A stretch of DNA of 18,406 nt from Candidatus Iainarchaeum sp. (GTDB taxonomy: Archaea > Iainarchaeota > Iainarchaeia > Iainarchaeales > CSSED10-239): assembly GCA_937968065.1 (NCBI GenBank), contig CALBUD010000011.1:1-18406 (forward strand), given 5' to 3'. Shown here piece after piece: positions 14,877 through 18,406 of the stretch. Each line of letters begins with the position of its first letter. The stretch's first letter is position 1. Under the pieces are notes generated by a model that worked only from the letters and a program-made list of their open reading frames with translations, had not been told where the DNA came from and ran no database searches. The position numbers and the translations under genes were made by a program.

Positions 14877-15713
14877 TTATTTTCTTAAAAAATCAATTGT
14901 TTTTTTAGAAATAAAATATTTTCCTAAAACACATTCTCTATGTGTGTTTTCTCCATGAAAATCAGAACCACCAGTTTCAATTAATTCATATTTTTTAGTT
15001 ATTTTTAAAATTTCTTCCATAAAAACTTTATTTTTAAAAGTTTTAAGTTCTTCTGGAATAAACCCTGAAACTTCAATTCCAGAAAGTCCATTTTCTATAA
15101 GTCTAATAATAAACGATTCAAGTTCTAATTTTTGATTTTCTTTTAAATACCAAGGATGAGGCAAAACTGCTTTTCCTCCAGCATCATTAATAACTTTAAT
15201 AATTTTTTTAACTCTTGTTGGTGCAACTTCAAGTCTTACCGGTATATTTCTTAAATATTCTTTAAAAGCTTGATCAATATCGCTCACATATTTTTTATCA
15301 ACCATAACTTTTGCAATATGAAAGGCATTAGGATTTTCTCCAACTCCAGAAGTTTCTAAAACTTCTTTAAAACTAATTTCTATTCCATAATCTTGTAATC
15401 CTTCTATTTTTTTTAAAACATATTTTTTTCTTTGTTTTCTATGTCTTTCAAGAAGCATGTTAAGATCATTATCTTCTTTATTAAAAAAATACCCTAAAAT
15501 CTCTGTTTCTAATCCTTGTATCTCAACCCCAGGAATAATTTCTACTTCTTGTTTCTTTCCTTCTTTTAAAGCTTCAAAAAGACCTTCTATGCTATCATGA
15601 TCTGTTATAGAAAGTCCTGAAAGCCTTTTTTTCTTAGCAAGCTTTATAAGATTTGAAGGAGAAAGCTCTCCATCTGAATAATGTGTATGTGTATGTAAGT
15701 CATATTTCAACAT
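14877..15713 (-). CDS. PHP-domain metal-dependent phosphoesterase (TrpH/YciV-like)
   Basis: The N-terminal YDLHTHTHYSDGELSP and ITDHDSIEG motifs, later HPW, and GGSDFHG near the C-terminus form the PHP metal-ligand pattern. Confidence 0.85.
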   Translation of the reverse strand: MLKYDLHTHTHYSDGELSPSNLIKLAKKKRLSGLSITDHDSIEGLFEALKEGKKQEVEIIPGVEIQGLETEILGYFFNKEDNDLNMLLERHRKQRKKYVLKKIEGLQDYGIEISFKEVLETSGVGENPNAFHIAKVMVDKKYVSDIDQAFKEYLRNIPVRLEVAPTRVKKIIKVINDAGGKAVLPHPWYLKENQKLELESFIIRLIENGLSGIEVSGFIPEELKTFKNKVFMEEILKITKKYELIETGGSDFHGENTHRECVLGKYFISKKTIDFLRK

Positions 15714-15736
15714 AATTAAAAACTTCCTAATAGTTC

Positions 15737-15946
15737 TTATTGCATTGTTTTTGTTGCAAGTTTAATATCTTCTGCTGTAACTGTTTTTCTTTTAGCATGA
15801 TATGCAAGTTCAATAGCTTGTTTTGAGATATCTATTGCAACTTCTGATAAAATTTTTCCAAGTTCTTCTGCTGCATCTTCAGAAACTCTTTCAGCTCCTG
15901 CTTTCCTTATAAGTCTATCTATTGCCGCAATTGGTAATTCTGACAT
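15737..15946 (-). CDS. Archaeal histone (HMf-type histone fold)
   Basis: The 69-aa sequence ELPIAAIDRLIRKAGAERVSEDAAEELGKILSEVAIDISKQAIELAYHAKRKTVTAEDIKLA is near-canonical. A GAGGTGA SD lies upstream. Confidence 0.95.
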   Translation of the reverse strand: MSELPIAAIDRLIRKAGAERVSEDAAEELGKILSEVAIDISKQAIELAYHAKRKTVTAEDIKLATKTMQ

Positions 15947-16023
15947 TTTTTCACCTCTTTTTTAAAAAATAACTTTAATATATATTTATTTGTCAAAAAG
16001 GTTTATATAATATTCTTTTTTTA

Positions 16024-16059
16024 GTTAACTACTAATTGTTAACACTTAAAAATGTTAAC
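16024..16059. promoter_or_regulatory. Cluster of three GTTAAC-core palindromes (candidate operator sites) in the histone / wHTH-gene divergent spacer
   Basis: TAGTTAACTA (core 16024-16029), TGTTAACA (16038-16043) and TGTTAACT (16054-16059) have starts 14 and 16 nt apart. They lie just upstream of TATA-like ttatatac, about 45 nt before the 16109 ATG. I found only two other GTTAAC sites in the rest of the window (near 3548 and 14149, both inside CDS). Confidence 0.45.
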
Positions 16060-16108
16060 TCTTATATACTTTTCTAAACTAGATATACTTATAAATAAAT
16101 GATTAAAT

Positions 16109-16969
16109 ATGGCTCTCTCTGATTCAATTCTTATACAAATAAGTCAAAAGAAAACAAATTATAATGATCTTTTAACAAAAATGGTATCTAACTATTCAAC
16201 AGTCAATTCAGCAAAAGCAGCTCTTTCAAGAGTTTTAAAAAACTTAATTGCTTTTGGAGAGATTGAAAAGAAAAAAGATGATTATTTTTTAACTGAAAAA
16301 GGAAAAAACACAGTTGAATCAAAACTTAAAAATAAGATCTTAATAACAATAAATGATCTTTTAGAAAAATCCAAAAAGAAAAATAGTTTAGAGCATGTGG
16401 ATGACATTGTAAAACATCTTCAAATATTTTTAGAAAGAAGTAAGGAAGATCCTAGTCTTTTAAAGATAGGAAAAACAGGTTCTAATTTTTATATTTCTGA
16501 TTTGCAATTTTTAAAAAAAGAAATTGATACCAGTGTTTCTCACTACAATTATATTTCTTCAGTTTTAACTAATCAAATAAAAAATTTAGAAGACCAAAAT
16601 TTTGAAGATTATTTAATACTTAATCTTGATGAAAATATTTTTGTTATTTTAGATTTTTTAATAAAACAATATAATTTTGAAGAAATTCTAATTGATTGTT
16701 CAAACCAATATCCTCAAACAATAAGTTTTTTTGAAGAAAATGATTTTTTTATAAAAAAAAATGATTTTATTTTTAAATTACAAGTAAAAGATATTTCTTT
16801 TTTTAAAGAATCTTTACTTAAAGATTTTGAAAGAAGTTTATCTATAAGGTTTAAAATTTATTTAAATGAAATTTTAATAAGATTTAGTTTTGGAAAAGTT
16901 TATTTTTTCGGGCCCTTTACAATAATTACAAAAATTAAAGAAAAAAGCACGGAGTTGAAATCTTTATGA
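16109..16969 (+). CDS. Putative winged-helix DNA-binding protein with an uncharacterised C-terminal domain
   Basis: The N-terminal ~70 aa (ILIQISQKKTNYNDLLTKMVS...AKAALSRVLKNLIAFGEIEKKKDDYFLTEKGK) has the helix-turn-helix plus wing pattern (G.i......Y.LT.kG) of MarR/PadR-like wHTH domains. The remainder matches nothing I recognise. Confidence 0.5.
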   Translation: MALSDSILIQISQKKTNYNDLLTKMVSNYSTVNSAKAALSRVLKNLIAFGEIEKKKDDYFLTEKGKNTVESKLKNKILITINDLLEKSKKKNSLEHVDDIVKHLQIFLERSKEDPSLLKIGKTGSNFYISDLQFLKKEIDTSVSHYNYISSVLTNQIKNLEDQNFEDYLILNLDENIFVILDFLIKQYNFEEILIDCSNQYPQTISFFEENDFFIKKNDFIFKLQVKDISFFKESLLKDFERSLSIRFKIYLNEILIRFSFGKVYFFGPFTIITKIKEKSTELKSL

Positions 16970-17628
16970 AAATTAAATATTTAGGTCATTCTTGTTTTTT
17001 AATAGAAAAAAATAATTTAAAAATATTAACTGACCCGTTTATAACAAACAATCCTTTAACAAAAATGGGTTTATTTGATATTAAACCTGATATTATTCTT
17101 TTAACTCATGATCATCAAGACCATTTAGGAGACACTATAGAAATTTCAAAAAACACAGGAGCTCACATAATAACTATTTTTGATGTTGCTCAAGAATTTA
17201 ATAAATTTCAGGTTCCTACAATTGGTGGTAACTTAGGTGGAACTATAGAATATAAAGGAGTTAATTTTACTTTTGTAAAAGCAGAACATTCTTCAAACAA
17301 AGGTGTTCCTGTTGGTTTTATAATTAATCTTGGAAAAAATATAGTTTATTTTGCAGGAGATACAAATGTTTTTTCAGATATGAAAATTATTAAAGATTTA
17401 TATAAGCCTAATATCGTTATGCTTCCAATAGATGGATATTTTAATATGGGTCCAAGAGAAGCTGTTTATGCTTTAAAGCTTTTAGAACCAGAGATAGTAA
17501 TTCCTATACATTATGGTACCTTTGATATTTTAAAAGGAACTCCAGAAAAATTAAATGAAGAAATAAAAAAAGAAAATATAAATATTAAGATGGTTGTCTT
17601 TAATATTTTAGAAGAAAAGAATTTTTAA
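16966..17628 (+). CDS. UPF0173-family metal-dependent hydrolase (metallo-beta-lactamase fold)
   Basis: MKIKYLGHSCFLIE...ILTDPF...ILLTHDHQDHLGD...AEHSS...FAGDT...LPIDGYFNMGP...IPIHYGTF matches the UPF0173/YtkL pattern, including the HxHxDH motif. It overlaps the upstream gene by ATGA. Confidence 0.85.
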   Translation: MKIKYLGHSCFLIEKNNLKILTDPFITNNPLTKMGLFDIKPDIILLTHDHQDHLGDTIEISKNTGAHIITIFDVAQEFNKFQVPTIGGNLGGTIEYKGVNFTFVKAEHSSNKGVPVGFIINLGKNIVYFAGDTNVFSDMKIIKDLYKPNIVMLPIDGYFNMGPREAVYALKLLEPEIVIPIHYGTFDILKGTPEKLNEEIKKENINIKMVVFNILEEKNF

Positions 17629-17659
17629 TAAATGTATCTTTTAAAATTTTAAATAAAAA

Positions 17660-17732
17660 AGGGGTTGGTGGGATTTGAACCCACGACCTGTTGGTCCGAA
17701 GCCAACTGCACTATCCACTATGCTACAACCCC
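17660..17732 (-). tRNA. tRNA-Arg (anticodon UCG)
   Basis: The reverse complement folds as acceptor GGGGTTG/CAACCCC, D arm GCAT-AGTGGATA-GTGC, anticodon stem GTTGG/CCAAC with loop CTTCGGA (TCG, G37), and T arm GTGGG-TTCAAAT-CCCAC. It is followed on its own strand by TTTTTTATTT. Confidence 0.9.
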
Positions 17733-17831
17733 AACTATTTAAAAATGATTTGATATAGATATTATATATATATTTAATACTTTTAAATAAATAACTTTTC
17801 TTTTTAAAGATTTATAAGAGGTGTATACAAA

Positions 17832-17987
17832 ATGGAAAGATGCAGTAGCTGTAATGTTGAAGTTACACAAGATTATACAAAGTTTAAATGTCCAAATTGT
17901 CTAAAAACAGAGATAATTAGATGTAACAGATGTAAATCAATTTCAAAAAAATATAAATGTTCTAATTGTTCTTTTATAGGACCTTAA
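17832..17987 (+). CDS. Small zinc-ribbon protein with four CxxC motifs (COG2888 / HVO_2753-like)
   Basis: This gene is not in the ORF track. My own translation is MERCSSCNVEVTQDYTKFKCPNCLKTEIIRCNRCKSISKKYKCSNCSFIGP. A GAGGTG SD lies at 17817-17822. Placement directly upstream of aEF-1beta is typical for this family. Confidence 0.75.
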   Translation: MERCSSCNVEVTQDYTKFKCPNCLKTEIIRCNRCKSISKKYKCSNCSFIGP

Positions 17988-18038
17988 AAAAATATTTAGA
18001 TCTTTTTATTTTTTAAAATAATAAATAGGTGAGTTAAT

Positions 18039-18305
18039 ATGGGTGACATTCTATCAGTATACAAGGTATATCCTGAAGAAATAGATGATATTGAAAAAAT
18101 ACAAAAGAGTCTTGAAAAAGGTTTTGGAGAACCATTCAAGATTGCAAAAATAGAACTTGAACCAATTGCTTTTGGTCTAAAAGTTATAAAGTTAGGTGTT
18201 ATTTTTCCTGATAAAATAGATGGTCTTTTAGATAAATTAGAAGATTCTATAAAAGCTATTGAAGGTGTAAGAGATATTGAAATTGAAGTTTCTACTTTAA
18301 TTTAA
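18039..18305 (+). CDS. ef1b: Translation elongation factor aEF-1 beta
   Basis: MGDILSVYKVYPEE...EPIAFGLKVIKLGVIFPDKIDGLLDKLEDSIKAIEGVRDIEIEVSTL matches the aEF-1beta pattern (KVmPe....EPIAFGL.al.......d.eg.tD..Ee.l..ieGV.svev). A GGTGAG SD precedes the start. Confidence 0.9.
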   Translation: MGDILSVYKVYPEEIDDIEKIQKSLEKGFGEPFKIAKIELEPIAFGLKVIKLGVIFPDKIDGLLDKLEDSIKAIEGVRDIEIEVSTLI

Positions 18306-18321
18306 TTCTTTTTTTCTTTTT
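18306..18321 (+). terminator. Oligo-T tract after ef1b
   Basis: ttctttttttcttttt lies immediately after the stop codon. Confidence 0.35.
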
Positions 18322-18357
18322 AAATAAAATAGTTAATGTTTATAAATGTTTTATTCT

Positions 18358-18406
18358 AGATCGGAAGAGCGTCGTGTAGGGAAAGAGTGTAGATCTCGGT
18401 GGTCGC
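18358..18406. other. Illumina TruSeq adapter sequence (non-biological, untrimmed)
   Basis: AGATCGGAAGAGCGTCGTGTAGGGAAAGAGTGTAGATCTCGGTGGTCGC is an exact match to the reverse complement of the TruSeq universal adapter (P5 side). There is an abrupt composition switch from the AT-rich genome. Confidence 0.97.

Noticed and set aside
1-18406. CRISPR arrays, rRNA genes, transposases, toxin-antitoxin pairs or defence islands
   Set aside because: I scanned both strands and found no regularly spaced direct repeats and no rRNA-like GC-rich blocks. The only GC-rich islands are the two tRNAs and the adapter. No ORFs show nuclease, transposase or toxin signatures.

Overview
The window is an entire short-read assembly contig. 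Its 5' end cuts into a gene and its 3' end runs into 49 nt of untrimmed Illumina adapter. By eye it is very AT-rich, and it is extremely compact: many genes overlap or abut. It is clearly archaeal, most likely from a reduced-genome DPANN-type lineage; that lineage call is inference. Standard stop codons, including TGA, are used.

The content is mostly core housekeeping:
- A SUF Fe-S assembly tail (SufB/D-like plus SufU-like).
- A minus-strand taw1 (radical-SAM wyosine enzyme) gene followed by a minimal [FeFe]-hydrogenase H-domain-like gene.
- A membrane-anchored multi-thioredoxin-fold protein with a His/Lys-rich tail.
- tRNA-Arg(UCU), then a small Cys-rich exported ORF, then argS.
- The classical archaeal exosome/proteasome superoperon in nearly complete form: rnp3, rnp2, psmA, SBDS, rrp4, rrp41, rrp42, rpl37ae, rpoP, Brix, pcc1, pfdB.
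- An orphan Hin-type HTH protein, archaeal cmk, a 306-aa ORFan, a PHP phosphoesterase and an archaeal histone.
- A wHTH protein coupled to a UPF0173 metallo-hydrolase, tRNA-Arg(UCG), a 4xCxxC zinc-ribbon protein and aEF-1beta.

Two real small genes are missing from the ORF track: rpoP and the zinc-ribbon gene. I see no CRISPR array, transposase, rRNA or obvious defence island, and I cannot point to a convincing novel multi-gene system. The most second-look-worthy items are:
- the taw1 / hydrogenase-like pair next to the SUF genes;
- the apparently permuted DsbA-like surface protein and the Cys-rich peptide near it;
- the tRNA-Arg/peptide/argS unit;
- a triple GTTAAC palindrome cluster in a divergent promoter;
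- the uncharacterised 306-aa and 286-aa proteins.
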